A stretch of 64,000 nucleotides of DNA from Mobula birostris (taxonomy: Eukaryota), in the NCBI RefSeq assembly GCF_030028105.1, contig NC_092390.1, positions 52,496,777 to 52,560,776 of the forward strand, in the 5' to 3' direction. The notes beneath the pieces were generated by a model. The model ran no database searches. It was not told the DNA's origin and saw only the letters and a list, made by a program, of their open reading frames with translations. This document shows, piece after piece, positions 12,923-26,528 of the stretch. A program made the position numbers and the translations under genes. Every line of letters begins with the position of its first letter. Position 1 is the first letter of the stretch.

Positions 12923-13139
12923 TTGGGCTTTGTTTCCGCATCTGTCACTTGCCGAATATAGATAGTGTCTTCAGGGTGTTCTATTTCACCTTTTTCATAC
13001 ATGTATGATGATGCTATTGCAATAGCAGAGCCATCATTGCTGAAGGAAAGCGATGCAATACTGGTGGGATAGCGGTGGAACTGACACAATCTTTTCTTAT
13101 TGAAAGGATCCCAGATATTCACAAATCCATCAGAGCCAC
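12923..13139 (-). CDS. BUB3: BUB3 coding exon 6 (gene exon 7; 217 bp). Read-through gives a stop at 12919-12921
   Basis: GSDGFVNIWDPFNKKRLCQFHRYPTSIASLSFSNDG...QVTDAETKPK; tttag acceptor, GTGAGT donor. Confidence 0.97.
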
Positions 13140-14296
13140 CTAAATAAAAAAAAGTTTGCTGTAAATTACTGCTACATTTCTTATACTTAAAACACCGCTT
13201 TAACTATGTCTGTTAGCTTGATTTGATGGCCACCAAGTTATTAAGTTTTTTAATACATTTAAAAGGTCAATATACTGTATTAAATAAGCTCAAGCTTCAT
13301 TTGAAATCCCCATCAGTCTTACTTGAAATCTGGTGCTCTAAATAAAGTGCTTTAGTACAGTATCACTTGTCAAACACAAGAGTTAGAAACTCCCATTTGT
13401 AAAAAATGAAAAATTTCTATCAACCCTGCATAGTTCATCGGTTTTCAATGTAAACCAAGCACTTGCTGCATTTAAGCCGTGACTGCATTGAATGGTAGAG
13501 CAGACTCAAAGGGTCAAATAATTTATTTCTTGTCCAATTTTTTTGCATTTATAGATTTCTAAAATATACACATTTCCACTAATCTCGTGGCTTTCATTTG
13601 CAGACTGAAAGCTATAATTTATAACATTAAGATCAATGGTAAAAACACAGAAACATAACCTAAAAAGGCATCTTAGATATTAAGGTACTGACCAGACATC
13701 TCCAAGGGAAACAAGGGTGAACAATTATTCCAATGATGTCCCATCCCATGAATGAATAAACACAGTATTTCAGACTGCGTTCAGAAATGTTCCCAAATTG
13801 CCCCATCTGCTATAATCTATTTTGTCTTCCAGATCATCAGCATCAAGATCTGTCACTCCAAAAATTAAACAAAGGTTACTTTCAAAGTTATGAGGCTTTT
13901 GTAAATGCTCAAGATGGTTAGTCATCAAGACACTGTTGTCCACCTATTCAGACAAATAAAGAAACAGCAAGGAAACTTGTTTCTGCTCTGGGTACAAATA
14001 ACAATCTGAGTACATTAGATACATTTAAGCAGTTTGGTGAAAATATATCCAAAAGCAAATCATCTTAAATAACTGAAAAATTAAAAACCACACCACCATT
14101 ATTTGCTGGTTACTTTGCTAAAAATCAGTATTTTGTAAATAAATAAAAAGTACTAAAACTTTAAGAAATTGCCCATTAATGTCCTCATTTTGGGAGTCTT
14201 CTTGGAAATTCAGAACTGCCTAAATTGCATAAAGATTGCAATGTGAATAATTCCTGGCTACAAGGCCAGTTGTTTGCAGGCAGCTCTTTCATAATA

Positions 14297-15171
14297 CAGG
14301 TATCCCCCGCTTTCCGAACATTCACTTTACGCAACTTCACCTTTACGAAAGACTTACATTAGTACCTGTTTTCCCTAACCGAAAGAGGATTTTCGCTTTT
14401 AAGAAAAAAGATGCCTGCTTGAAACTTACGTTTACTCCAGAAAGACTACCATGACCATGAAGCCTTGCATGGGCAGGTGTGTGCACATGCGTGTATGTGC
14501 CAATTTTTTTCTACAAATCGGTTTTGGCTCAATCTTCCTGATTCTGATAAGTGAAACTACACTGTACATACATTATTTCTATAACCATATAAGCATTACA
14601 GCACGGAAACAGGCCATCTCGGCCCTTCTAGTCCGTGCCGAAAGCTTACTGTCACCTAGTCCCATCTATCTGTACTCAGCCCATAACCCTCCACTCCTTT
14701 CCTGTCCATATACCCATCCAATTTTTTTTTTAAATGACAAAATCAAACCTGCCTCTACCATTTGTACTAGAAGCTCGTTCCACGCAGCTACCACTCTCTG
14801 AGTAAAGTTCCCCTTCGTGTTACCCCTAAACTCTTGCCCCTTAACTCTCAATCATGTCTTGTTTGAATCTCCCCTACTCTCAATTGAAAAAGCCTATCCA
14901 CATCAACTCTATCTATCCCCCTCATAATTTTAAATATCTCTACTTTATACAGCTGTGTATTTATCATATCATTCCTGCTTTTACTATATGTTAGTGTTAT
15001 TTTAGGTTTTATGTGCAATTTGGTATGATTTGGTAGTTATTTTTTGGGTCTGGGAACACTCAAAAATTTTTCCCATATAAATTAATGGTAATTGCTTCTT
15101 CGCTTTACGCCATTTTGGCTTACAAATGGTTTCATAGGAACGCTCTACCTTCAGATAGCTGGGGAAACCTG
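14297..15171. mobile_element. Tigger/pogo-type MITE with a nested CR1 3' fragment (~14581-14940, minus)
   Basis: TA-CAGGTATCCCCCGCTTTCCGAA ... TTCAGATAGCTGGGGAAACCTG-TA inverted termini. Confidence 0.75.
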
Positions 15172-16065
15172 TAATTTTTTTTTGAACTTGTGCTAGATAA
15201 TTAGCACATTCTTATAAGCTGGTTTTTGCCCATTGTCAGCAAATTGCACATAAACTCTTTAAAATATCCGGTCTGTTAAAATACAATTACAGTATCATCA
15301 GATAATACAATTTTTTAAACTGTTCTTTAATTTCCTACATTGAAGACTTCAACATTACCAATATATCTATTTTCTTCTATTATTCTGCTAGTTATCCATC
15401 TGCAAAATTAACTGTTTTTCTCTCCAGTCTGCCAGACCCACAGCCCATTTTCAACATTACCCTTTTAGTTTCTCTGCTTTCTCTCAGTCCTCATTAGACC
15501 ATCAAACAGATGGCTTCATTAATGTCACCATAGCAACCCTGGCTTCATCCTTGCAGAGGTATTCCCTTTGTCCTATCCATCTTTTCCTCTGCAAATTGAA
15601 ACTAGTTTATTTACTTTCCCAGTTCTAGGATTTCTCTTTTCACAACAATTCCAGACCTGATGAATGTTTCCAGCATTTTCTGATTTTATTTCAAATTTCC
15701 CGCATCTGCAATTTTGAGTTTCATTTATCATATACCATAAACCCTAAAAACATTGAATTTATCTTGTTTCCTTGCTTTCCTGTATTTTTAAAGTTCCTCA
15801 ATTTTCTATCCATACTGTTTTCTATTAGATCAAAATTCCATTAACAATTAGCAACCTTACACCATAGATTTCACAGGGCCATTTGCTAGACCAAACTAAT
15901 CCATCAAGCATGGCAGAGATTTGCTGTAAAGGTCATGACAGCGTGTTATAAACAGAGCTAAGCAATCATATCACATCTCTGTGCTTCTGCTACATCATTT
16001 TTGGAGTCTCACAACTGGACACAGTATGAGATTCTATACTGTATGACAGCAGAGCTGTGTACATA

Positions 16066-16852
16066 CATCTATTGATGCTTCTGGACATATCTTCAGTGAT
16101 GTTCCTGGAATCATCGGGTGTTTCAGGTCTTTCAACAGCATACAACCTCCTCCAGGTGACCCAGCCGGGGCTGATCAGACCCCAGCTTGTGTCCAGATGG
16201 CTAGCTACTTATGACTCCATGGCTCCCCTCTTTTGAGCCACAGCCATATTGAGGCCCTCTCTGCCACATTGGTGGTACTGCGGATGGCTCTCCTCTTCCT
16301 CTCTCCCTCGATGCCCAAAATGCTGAAGGCTCTAAGGAACGGGCTACAAATCCCCTACAACCAACCTCCACTGGGAGACACCTCACTCTCCATCCAGCCT
16401 GCTGACAGTTGCTGACCAGTCCTGCGTACTTGGAGAGCTTCCTTTCAAAGGCCTCTTCCAAGCTATCTTCCCATGGGACTGTCAGCTCCAGCAGCACCGC
16501 TTGCTTAGTACATTCAGACACTAGGACAATGTCGGGTCGCAGGGTGGTGCCTGTGATATGGCTGGGATCCGAACCGTTCAGCTGCGATACTGACAATAAT
16601 TGTTGTCATGGTTTGCAGCTTCTTATCAACCACCTCCCCCCCCTCCACCCGTTCGCCGTTGCCTCCAGAATTTGGTTAACATCTTCATCAAACTGCTTCC
16701 ACAGTGAAGTCACGTTAGCTGCAGGCCATTTGATCCGCCTCCCGTTAGACTTCATGTTAGAGGGATTAGTTTGCAACACTTGGAGGTTCCGGGCACTATG
16801 TGGGGTGACTCCAGGCCTGGCCCCTCCTTCATCTCACCAGGTTGGCTAATAA
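16066..16852 (-). mobile_element. HERO/R2-clade non-LTR retrotransposon derivative with restriction-like endonuclease remnant
   Basis: TTLRPDIVLVS...LLELTVPWED..EEAFERKLSKY...LPVEVGCRGF is the RLE motif; GTGTACATA direct repeat at 16057-16065 and 16853-16861. Confidence 0.8.
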
Positions 16853-17266
16853 GTGTACATAACAAGGCAGAAGAATTTGCAAGCACCTTCAATTAGCAGT
16901 CTCTTTTGGTTCCTATCAGATGCCATGAAACCCAGTACCCTACTGCGGTTCCCATCACATAACTTCAGTCAACTCTTTTCTGATAAGAAAATACAGTAGA
17001 TAAAGGAAACGCTATGCTGGCTTTAACATTCTGGCTTTAAGCAAAGATAGTCTTCAGTCTTAGTTCCACTCCTCACCCACCAGTTCCACAACAGATACAC
17101 TGGCATCTATACTCTTAAAATGCATAAAGTATACCAGGAACAAAATTTAAGAATAACCCAATTGAACCAACTGCCACATTATGAATACTTGGAACGAAAC
17201 GAGCACGGAAGAATCAATCGCAAGTGATCCTTTTTTCCTTTACATAAATGTCTCTAGTAAAGACAA

Positions 17267-17593
17267 CGTATCATGGACAAAACGAATATCTAACGAGGAT
17301 GTCATGAACAGAGCAAGCACAAAAAGAGAAATAATGTATGAGATCATGAAAAGGCAACGTAACTTCATTTGAAATGTGATTAGGAAAGAGGAGTTACAAT
17401 GCATGGTAATTATGGGAAAGATTGAAGAGAAGAAAGCAAGAGGAAAGCAAAGACAAATGGTGATGGTGACAGCAGCCGGAGAACTGGAAATGAATACCAA
17501 TGAATTGATCCACTTGACCCAAAACAGGAGTGTGTGCGCCATGGCAGTCAAAGCTCAATCTGGGCATGGCACCTAATGATGATAATGATGATG
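17267..17593 (+). mobile_element. RTE-type LINE 3' fragment
   Basis: SWTKRISNEDVMNRA...GKIEEKKARGKQR; (TGA)n-like tail; TSD AAAGACAA at 17259-17266 and 17594-17601. Confidence 0.8.
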
Positions 17594-17974
17594 AAAGACA
17601 ATGTCATTGGAAATCAAAATGAAACTTGTCCACTGGATAGAGTCATATTTAGGATAGTGGTATATAGAAGTGTTTGTTAAGAATAATTTGTTTTAATCTC
17701 AGGGCGGAACATATCCTTCAGGGCAGAAAACTATGCCCAATCACCTCTTTTTGCTTCATGTGTTTCTTTCTAATAGAAGAACCAGCAATGGCTATATTTG
17801 CAAATTTAAGGTTTCAGTTCCATTTGCAACTCATCAAGAGATCAATTAGTCTCTGCCTATGTGCTGCACTTATTGCTATACCACGTGGGAGGCCATTTTC
17901 AAGTCCATGCATCCTCACAAAAAATTGCATTCCCCTACAAGTTTTATCTGATTCCTACAATGCCAACTTCCTAG

Positions 17975-18170
17975 ATTTTACAATTTACCCATGTACAAGT
18001 GGTAATTTGTACCAACCTCATGTAATTAGCATGTGAAAGAAAACCAGGGGGTCTATACCCACATGATCAAAGGGAAAATAGGTAAACTCCTTCCGGTCAG
18101 CACTGGAGGTTAGAAATGAACCCTGATCACTGGTGCTGAGGTAGCAGCTCAATGAACAGTACCGTCATAT
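17975..18170 (-). mobile_element. degraded tRNA-derived (V-SINE/HE1-like) SINE
   Basis: Partial similarity to the SINE copies at 36017 and 61098. Confidence 0.45.
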
Positions 18171-18211
18171 TAGATGACCATTCAGTCTGTCAGGCTGTCA
18201 GTTGTCAGAGG

Positions 18212-18970
18212 AAAGTTCAAGTTTATTGTCATTCAACTGTATACACGTACATCACCAAATGAAACAACATTCCCCTGTACCAAGGTAACTCATACACCAA
18301 GTAATTATTACCACAAATAAATCATTAAATAAAATATTCCAGAACATTTAGCATAAGGTATATTTACGAAACAAGCTAAAAAAGCAAACTGTATAATTCT
18401 ACTTCAGGTGAGATCTGGGTGGTGGCTGGGAGTTCAGTAGTCTCACGGCCTGGGGGAAGAAGCTAACAGTACTTGTCCAAATGCTACGGCATCTCCTGCC
18501 TAACAAAGGATGTCAATGAAAATGTGAGATGGATGGAGGGATCCTTAACAATGCTAAGGGCCCGGTGTATGCAGCACTCCAGATGAGTGGAAGAGAGACC
18601 CCAATGATCCTCTCAGCAATCCTTTATACATCTTGCAGTCAGATGCCTTGGAATTCCCATACCAGAAGATGATAAGCTGGTCAGGATAATTGGTTAAAAT
18701 GGGGAGGAGGAAGAGTGCTTTGCTCACCTGAATCTACTCAAGAAGTGAAAAGCTGGTGTTGAGGGACCAGGTGAAATTGTCCATCATGTGCACTCCCAGA
18801 AACTTGGTGCTCCTAACTTCCTCCATGGAGGAGCTGTTTATGAGCAATGCTGAGTGATCAGTCTGCACCTTCCTTAAAGACCACAATTATCTCTTTAGCC
18901 TTGTCTTTGTTGGGACTTAAGTTGTTGAGCTCGCACCATTCTACAAGCTGCTCTTACTTCCTCTCTGGGT
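18212..18970 (-). mobile_element. Rex1/L2-like LINE 3' fragment
   Basis: Reverse tail aagttcaagtttattgtc; KFLGVH-like motif near 18785-18805. Confidence 0.6.
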
Positions 18971-19995
18971 AGTGCCATTAGCCTTATTCCTGTTCCTTTA
19001 TTTTCCTGTACCACCACAAAATACTTCACTTGATTTATTTTGCCATTTACTCACGGAGTTACCTACCAGTACTTCCTTGGTACATGGAAAGAAACCAGAG
19101 GGTCTAGGAAACATACCCACTCATGAAGAGCATGCGTAAATCCCTCTCCCAATAGTGTTACCGCTCTCAAAATCTCCACTGATATTCTGGAATTGTCTGA
19201 AATTTAACTTTAGTCATACCTTAAAATACCATTCTGATATTTTCGCCAAATGCTCATTGGCTAACTCTGAGCCAGCACAAGGTCCAATGTGCTATACACT
19301 CACTAAGCAAGCTGTAATCTGCACCTAACCTGGTGGTCACCAGCAATCTCCTAGTAATTTACTACCCACACCTCTCAACCAGTTCAAAAGACTGCTGCTT
19401 TAAATTAATTTGTTCACATTAATGACAGCATCATCAAATCCATTCTCTAAAATTACTATCAGCAACCACATTCCAGTATGATTTATATTAAGAAAATTTG
19501 AATCTTAGAGAACTCCCTCCACATCCCAAATTGAACTTTACCCACAATTGTCAACAGGAATGTTACACTGCTTAAATATCCATTTTAAAAACTAGTTATT
19601 ACTTGCAAATTTCAATGTATTTAAACTGAACATTCAGATTTTTTTTTGTTTAAGCAAAACAAACAAAGCATCAGGGGTAATTTTAAAATGCACTGCTTTG
19701 TTATATTTAGATGCATTTTAGCTACTATTCTTTGGAATATTTAATGAAGTATGTAAAATGCTATTCCAATATGCCATCAGCAAATTACTAGCCAACAGTT
19801 AATTTATTGCATATTATAACAAATTATCTAATCCATCAGTTTCAAAATTAGCTCAATTTAAGAGGTCTTTAGTTTGTAACCTTGATAGAAAATAAAATCA
19901 CCATTGAAAAATGCTGATATGAATCCTAATATTTCTCAAATTAAAGACCAAATTTACAAACTTGAAAAAACATTCAAACATGCAGTATGCTCTTG

Positions 19996-20571
19996 CAAGG
20001 GTGGCGAACCTATGGTACATGTAAAAACTTTGTTGGCACGTGGCATGCAGTGCCACCACAATTCTTTAAACCCCACCTATGATAAAAAAAACTTAATGAT
20101 TATCTTCACTACCAAATGAGTAGCCAATGATCTTTATTTTAAAACAACTCAAGAACAGGAAATGCCTCACGCCAACCTGCCTTTAGCTAGATGATTGCAG
20201 GAACACTGACACTGGATGATAAGCTTGGAAATCCTGGCAGACCTGGTGTACACAGCAATACTTGGATACTAAATGGCTACAATTACAATACTATTTAGAA
20301 ATGATGTTATTTTTAAATTGTTTTTGAAAGATTAATATTAATTTTTGAACAGGTTTTTGAAAATGCTTCATTTATTTCAATTTGTCTCTGTTACACCTTT
20401 ATTAATAGTAAAACACATAAATAAGCAACAGGACTCATCCTTTTCCTTAAGAATATTCAGAGTTATCGTGACTAATTCATTAATCTGCTCAAAATTACCA
20501 GGGGACGCAAGATAATTTTTAAGATTATTGCCAATTTGGGCACACTCCTTCAAAAAGGTTTGCAACCCCTG
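19996..20571. mobile_element. hAT (Charlie-like) non-autonomous element
   Basis: Termini CAAGGGTGGCGAACCT ... AGGTTTGCAACCCCTG; TSD imperfect. Confidence 0.55.
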
Positions 20572-21088
20572 CTCTATTGTTTATATTTCACATCTTTGAG
20601 ATTAAAACATTTCCAAATAGTTGAGGCATAATTTACCAAAAATTAGCAAATTAGGTTCTTGTGCCCAAATCATTGAGATTTGATACTGCTCATATGGTTA
20701 GGAAAATAAATTCAAAAATAAACTGAAAAGTATTAACATTCCATCACCGAACTTTGTTTGCTAGCATTTTGAAAAAAGCACAGCAGATATGGAAAATAAC
20801 ACCAGAAGCTACAAAGCTTTCAGTGCACAAGTCAAATCAATTCTGCCATATATCCTTTAATGGGGAAATAAAAAGCTAGTTGGGGAACCCAAGCAACAGC
20901 AATCAGGCCTGGAACAAATAAAAACCTGCACACAAAATTATTCACATATTGAAATTAAAATGGTATAAAAGATAACTGCTTTTTAAAACTGGCCACAATT
21001 AATCTAAAAGTTGAGTCTTGACCCTAACATGAGAGGACGTACTTTAGTAAAGTTCAGTAATACAGAACTTTTTAAAGTTATATCTTAC

Positions 21089-21266
21089 CTGTAGCAAATG
21101 TATTATGAACACTGTGGAATGAAATGGCATTGACTGGATAGATTTGTTCAAGGTTGTTCTCTTTCAATCGATGACATTTAAAAGCATACTTCTTCTTTTG
21201 TACTTCCGGGTTAGGATCAAGGTACTCCACTGCAACACGTCCTTCAATTGAACTAAGAACATAGCC
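21089..21266 (-). CDS. BUB3: BUB3 coding exon 5 (178 bp)
   Basis: GYVLSSIEGRVAVEYLDPNPEVQKKKYAFKCHRLKENNLEQIYPVNAISFHSVHNTFAT; AG and GTAAG sites. Confidence 0.97.
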
Positions 21267-21507
21267 CTAAGAAGATGATACAAAATGCACAGATTATACA
21301 AACTAGATTCAAAGCTTTTCATTAATCAAAAGCTATTTAATCCTCTCAAAATCTTATGATTTCAAGAAATTGCAAGAGAATCCATTCATAATTTAGTCTG
21401 AATACAGAGAAGTATTAGAAATGCAGGTAACAGATTATACTTACACAGTGTAAATAGAGCAGGACCACTTGAAATTTTGCTCACCTGCCTGCACACAGAT
21501 CTGTTAA

Positions 21508-22965
21508 GATCATAAGACCATAAGACACAGGAGCAAAATTAGGCCATTTGGTCCATCGAGCCTGCTCTACCATTTCATCATGGCTTATCCAATTTTCCTC
21601 TCAGCCCCAATTTCCTGCCTTCTCCCCTTATCCCTTCATACCCTAACCAATCAAGAATCAGCCTCTGCCATTGTGACGAAGGACCAGGTTATCAGAAGAT
21701 TGATGCTGATGAGAAAGATAAGAGAGACAAAAGGGAGAAGCATTCAAAATGTTAATGAGAGACGAGAGATTAACGAAAAGAGATACAGTTCCGAGTATTG
21801 ATAGACCGGTTGCTTTGAACCTGAACTGTTTGAAGTTTGATGGACAGGCGATACCCCAGCAGGGTGATAAAAGGAACAGGTTCGCTAAGGCAAGACAGAC
21901 ACCACGAGATCACGAGACACTGGAAGTGCGGTGTGCCCCCACAAGTTGGTGAGCGTTTGGAGGTCTGGTCGCGGGACCGACCATAGACGCACAGGATGAA
22001 AAGGTACGGTTGGTGGGAACCTGGTGTGTGTGTCCGCCCCTGCCTGGGTGCCGGGTTCACCGCGGAAGAACGATCGTATCCAGAACGGAGGGGTCACAGT
22101 TGGTGACCTCAGAAGACATTAAAAAGGGCTCACCCAAAAGCTAACTGCGAGGAATATCAAAGGTCTGTTTGAATCCGATTTGCATATCATCATTCGCACG
22201 CTCTCTCTCTCTCTCTCTAATGGCAGAACAGCAATTGCTGCGAACTGTACTGAGCTGAACTGAACTCTGCGTCAATTGAGACTGATCATTTTACCCCTAG
22301 ACTGCGATAGAGCTTGATTGATTCCTATTATCCTAGTTCTGTGTACATGTGTGTTTTATCATTGCTAACCCGTTGCATTTATATCCTTACGATTAGAGTA
22401 CTGTGTTACTTATTTCTTTAATAAAACTTTCTTAGTTCCAGTAATCCAGACTCCAACTAAGTGGCCCATTTCTGCTGGTTTGGCAACCAGTTACGGGGTA
22501 CGTAATACCATAAATATACATAAAGACTTGGCCTCCACAGATACATGTGGCAAAGAATTCCACAGATTCACCACCCCTGGCTAAAAAAATTCCTCCTCAC
22601 TTCTATTCTAAAAGGACGCCCCACTATTCTGAAGCTGAGTCCTCTGGTCTTATAGACTCCCACCAGAGGAAATATCCTCTTCACATCCACTCCATCAAGG
22701 CCTTTCATTATTCAATCATTCAATCTTGAAATCATTTTTGTGAACTTCCTTTGAACCCTCTCCAGTTTCAGCACATCCCTTCTAAGATAAGCGGCCCTAC
22801 CCTGTTCACAATACTCCTCATGAGGCCTCACAGGTGATTTATAAAGTTCCAACATTACATCCTTGCTTCTATATTCTAGCCCTCTTGAAATGAATGTTAT
22901 CATTGCCTTTGCCTTCTTCACCACAAACTCAACATGCAAATTAGCCTTTAGGGAATCCTGCACAA
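21508..22965 (-). mobile_element. CR1 LINE 3' fragment split by a solo LTR
   Basis: ORF 22712..23014 contains KKAKAMITFISRGLEYRSKDVMLELYKSPVRPHEEYC...LERVQRKFTKMI; reverse tail (cataaga)n at 21510. Confidence 0.8.
21672..22507 (+). mobile_element. solo LTR (Gypsy-like)
   Basis: TGTGACG...CGTAATA termini, 4-bp TSD CCAT on both sides, internal TATA-like GATAAAAG and AATAAA (~22420). Confidence 0.75.
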
Positions 22966-23437
22966 CTGCCAGTACTGCCATGATGAGGCTAAACTCAGGT
23001 TGAAGCAGCAACACCTCATAAACCGTCTAGGTAGTCTCCAGCCCTTTGGTATGAACATAGAATTCTCCAACTTCCGGTACTTCCCTCTCCCTCCCTTCCT
23101 CTATCCCTATGTCACTCTGCCCCCTCCTCCAGCTGCCTATCACCTCCCTCATGGTTCTGCCTCCTTCTGCTACCCATTGTGTTTTCCCCTATTCCTTCTT
23201 CAACTTTCCTGCCTATCACCTCCCTGCTTCCCCTCCCCCATCCCTTTATCTTTCCCCTTACTGGTTTTTCACCTGGAACCTACTAGCTTTCTCCTTCCCA
23301 CCCTCCCCCTACCTTCTTTATAGGGCCTCTGCCCCTTTCCTCTACAGTGCTGACGAAGGGTTCCAGCCCAAAACGCCATCTTTTCCACGGATGCTGCCCG
23401 ACCTGCTGAGTTCCTCCAACTTGTTGTGAGTGTTGCT
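22966..23437 (+). mobile_element. Penelope-like element 3' end (GIY-YIG C-terminus plus pseudo-LTR with degenerate hammerhead)
   Basis: AKLRLKQQHLINRLGSLQPFGMNIEFSNFR, pyrimidine-rich tract, then CTGACGAAGGGTTCCAGCCCAAAAC and gatgctgcccgacctgctgagttcctcc. Confidence 0.75.
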
Positions 23438-24061
23438 AAAACAATGAGAAGCTAGGTAGGGTAAGTAATAAGGATCTATTTCATTTAGCAAAGAGACCAA
23501 TTACTAAAGGACATGAATGAAAATTGATTTGTTAGAAATACAGAAAAGTTGAAAAATTCACTGAAGAGATGGACATCTAGAAATCACCTTCAACAGGGCA
23601 GTGGAATCAAAAGTCTTCATCACATTTTTAAAAATGACTGGAAAAACACACGATCCTGCAAGTTATGCAACTGAGTGCTGACAAATATGATTAACACATT
23701 TTAAGCTGGCAATATAGAATGAACAGCCTCCTGTGCTGTAAATGAGGTTGTTACCAGATTTCAAAGGAAACTTGGTAAGATCAGAAGAGAAAAACAATCC
23801 CTTAGAGTAGTACAAGCTGTAAAACAAAATCGATTTTTTTTTAATATTATTTGTTTGGGCGAGGTTTTAGCCAGGTAGCAGCATGATGAGAGAAGGGGAA
23901 TAGGACGAATAAGCAGGTGGGTACACTGATCTTAAGTGATCAAAATGTTTCTCATCCTTTTCCCAAGAATATTTCAGATGTGGAATATTCAGTTTACATT
24001 GAACTATAATAAAAGGTTGAACTTAAAGAATACAAATAGCACTGTTAAACATGGATATTAC

Positions 24062-24220
24062 CTGCTTATTTGGAAATGCTCTAATGCAGCGGGTCTGATA
24101 CTTGAGACTAGATTCTCTCCTTTGCTGTACGTAGCCCATGTTCCTCAGGTCCCACACCAGTACACGGCGGCCAGCTGTTCCAACAATTAGACGATCACCA
24201 GACACAGAAAGAGTATATAC
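24062..24220 (-). CDS. BUB3: BUB3 coding exon 4 (159 bp)
   Basis: [53 protein letters not shown]; canonical splice sites. Confidence 0.97.
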
Positions 24221-25908
24221 CTAAAGTTGAGGGTATGGGGAGAAGGTTAAAAAGCTCAACTATTTTTCCTTATAAGTACATACAGGTAATAAAGGTGGAA
24301 ATGCTTCCACATTTTATGCTAGGTTTTAAGAGCCCAGAAAGATAGGATAAATCTAGCATCCTCTTTGACTGATACTGATGGTAATAATCTGAAGCTAATT
24401 GGTTTTAGCAAGTCATCCAATTAAAGGATGTAGCATATGAAGTAAACTACACTTGATAGCTTAAACTCAAATTACTGTGTGCCCTTCACTGAGCATGATA
24501 GAAAATATTCAGTTATTCAGCACACAGAAAATATACATCTCTCCTTTAAGAGTCCATTCATAAAGTTTTTCAATTAAAACAAATACAAAATACTGAGTGC
24601 TTAAAGTGATTGATGTTAGTGTATTCAACTTGCTAGGAAGTCTTCAATAAAAGCAAATCGAACACACATCCTTCATGGTTTCACAATGCACTGTTTTTCT
24701 GCAACATCTGACAACATTCTTGTAGTTAATTTTCCACTACTTGTTTCATTTGATGCCCTCAAGTGGAAGCATCATTCTTATCACAAGGGGCAGTTGCTTT
24801 ATTGATAATTGATAAAAGTTACCATTTAATTTTCTGGAGAATATTGCAGAACATTTTTTTCTTATTAATCCATAATTTAGATTTCTACCAGGAGATGGCA
24901 AAGTTGATGTGACAGTCAAATTCAAGCATATTTGATTGACTGGTCCATGCAGTGGTCAACAACCAAGTAATAATCAATTCTTACTGTCTTCTCATCAATG
25001 CTCGTCTACCTTATCTTTATACATTTGTCAGGAATCAATACGCATTCCTTGTGTAACTATCCAAATATATATTTTTAAAGGCAACAATATACAGCCTCAG
25101 TCTTTCAGATTACCAATACTGTTACACAATTTGATATCTTCAGTTAAGTTCTGCTTTGTTGCCCTGTAAATCATTAGTTTCTGGAGTACTCACAACTGAA
25201 ATACACTGGGGACAAACTTTCCACTTCAGTTTTCACTTTCAACTTCCTCAAACAACCTTGTATGCAGCAATTCATTTATTTTAGCTAACACCTAGCACCT
25301 CCCAATACCTTCACTAAATACTAGAATACATCACAGGAAAGATTAGCAGGCTAATTAATGAGATGTACATGGAAAAAAAGATGTGCGAGGGTCAAAGGCA
25401 TTAAGTTTCAAGAAGTCATTTAGTACCCACCTATAAGCAACCGACAGAAACTAAATGATAAACAAATATCTACAATGTTGTAAAAAGATGAACATTCATG
25501 AACCTGAATATGCAATTAATCAAAGTCCAGAGATGATGACGAACAGCAAAAATTTGCAGTGAAAGTTCAAACTCAGTTTCATTAAAACTAACAACTACTG
25601 TGCAAAAACAGGAAAATTAGAAAAGAAATAAATCGGGAAAAAATGACATTTAAATGTGCACAGATAGCAAAAAAAGAAAGCAGAATTAAAACTAGTGATT
25701 TCATGGATCTTCTGTTGGCTTCAATTTAAAAAAAACAGTACAGACAAGGACAACAGCAGGGAAGTAACTTGAGGGTTGCTAACAAACATGGAGAAATAGT
25801 TCCCAAATAGAAAGACCTAATGAAAAACCAAGATATCAGCTTGAGGAAATTTAAGATTATTTTTATTTGTCACATGTACATCAAACAGTGAAATGCATGT
25901 GGACAGGA

Positions 25909-26149
25909 CACAGTCAACAGGCCCAAATTTAAAAAATTTGCAAGTAGCTTCAAGACTAAAGCCACATCATGCACTGCAGTTGAGCTTCCATACACATCCT
26001 GTGTTAAGAGTTTTAAAAGTGATTTTGCTGAATTCAAGCTTGCAATTTGTATCAATAGTTTGAATTACATGTATTGCACGTGCATCTTTGAAATACTGGT
26101 TGTCAGGTATTTTCCGCATTGCAAGTTTGATATTCCCAACTCCTATGTA
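25909..26149 (+). repeat. 241-bp direct repeat, copy 1
   Basis: Matches 26529-26769 except 1 substitution (26012 T vs 26632 A). Confidence 0.95.
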
Positions 26150-26528
26150 ACACTTCTTCCCCCAGAAATACCCCAGTGCCTTCCTTGGTGCTCCATTTTA
26201 TTTTGATGTAATAAAAACATTAGGAGGAAGCACTGCCACTTCATTCCTAAATAGACTGAGCACCTTCTATTTTATTATTCCCAAATAGTCATGTACCTGA
26301 TAGTGACTAATTGTGACCTGATACTGACAGTAAACAATTTCTAATTTTATTTTTAATATTTTTTATGAAAGCTAAAATCTAGAGAATATAGCAATTAAGT
26401 CAACCTCTTAGGACTTTGCAAATATCTACACAGTGAAAATTAGTCACTGCATCATCCTCAAGGCACCTTTTTACTCCAGCATGTACATTTGGACCTGAAT
26501 GCCATTCTTCAGTCTGCCTTACTAAATC

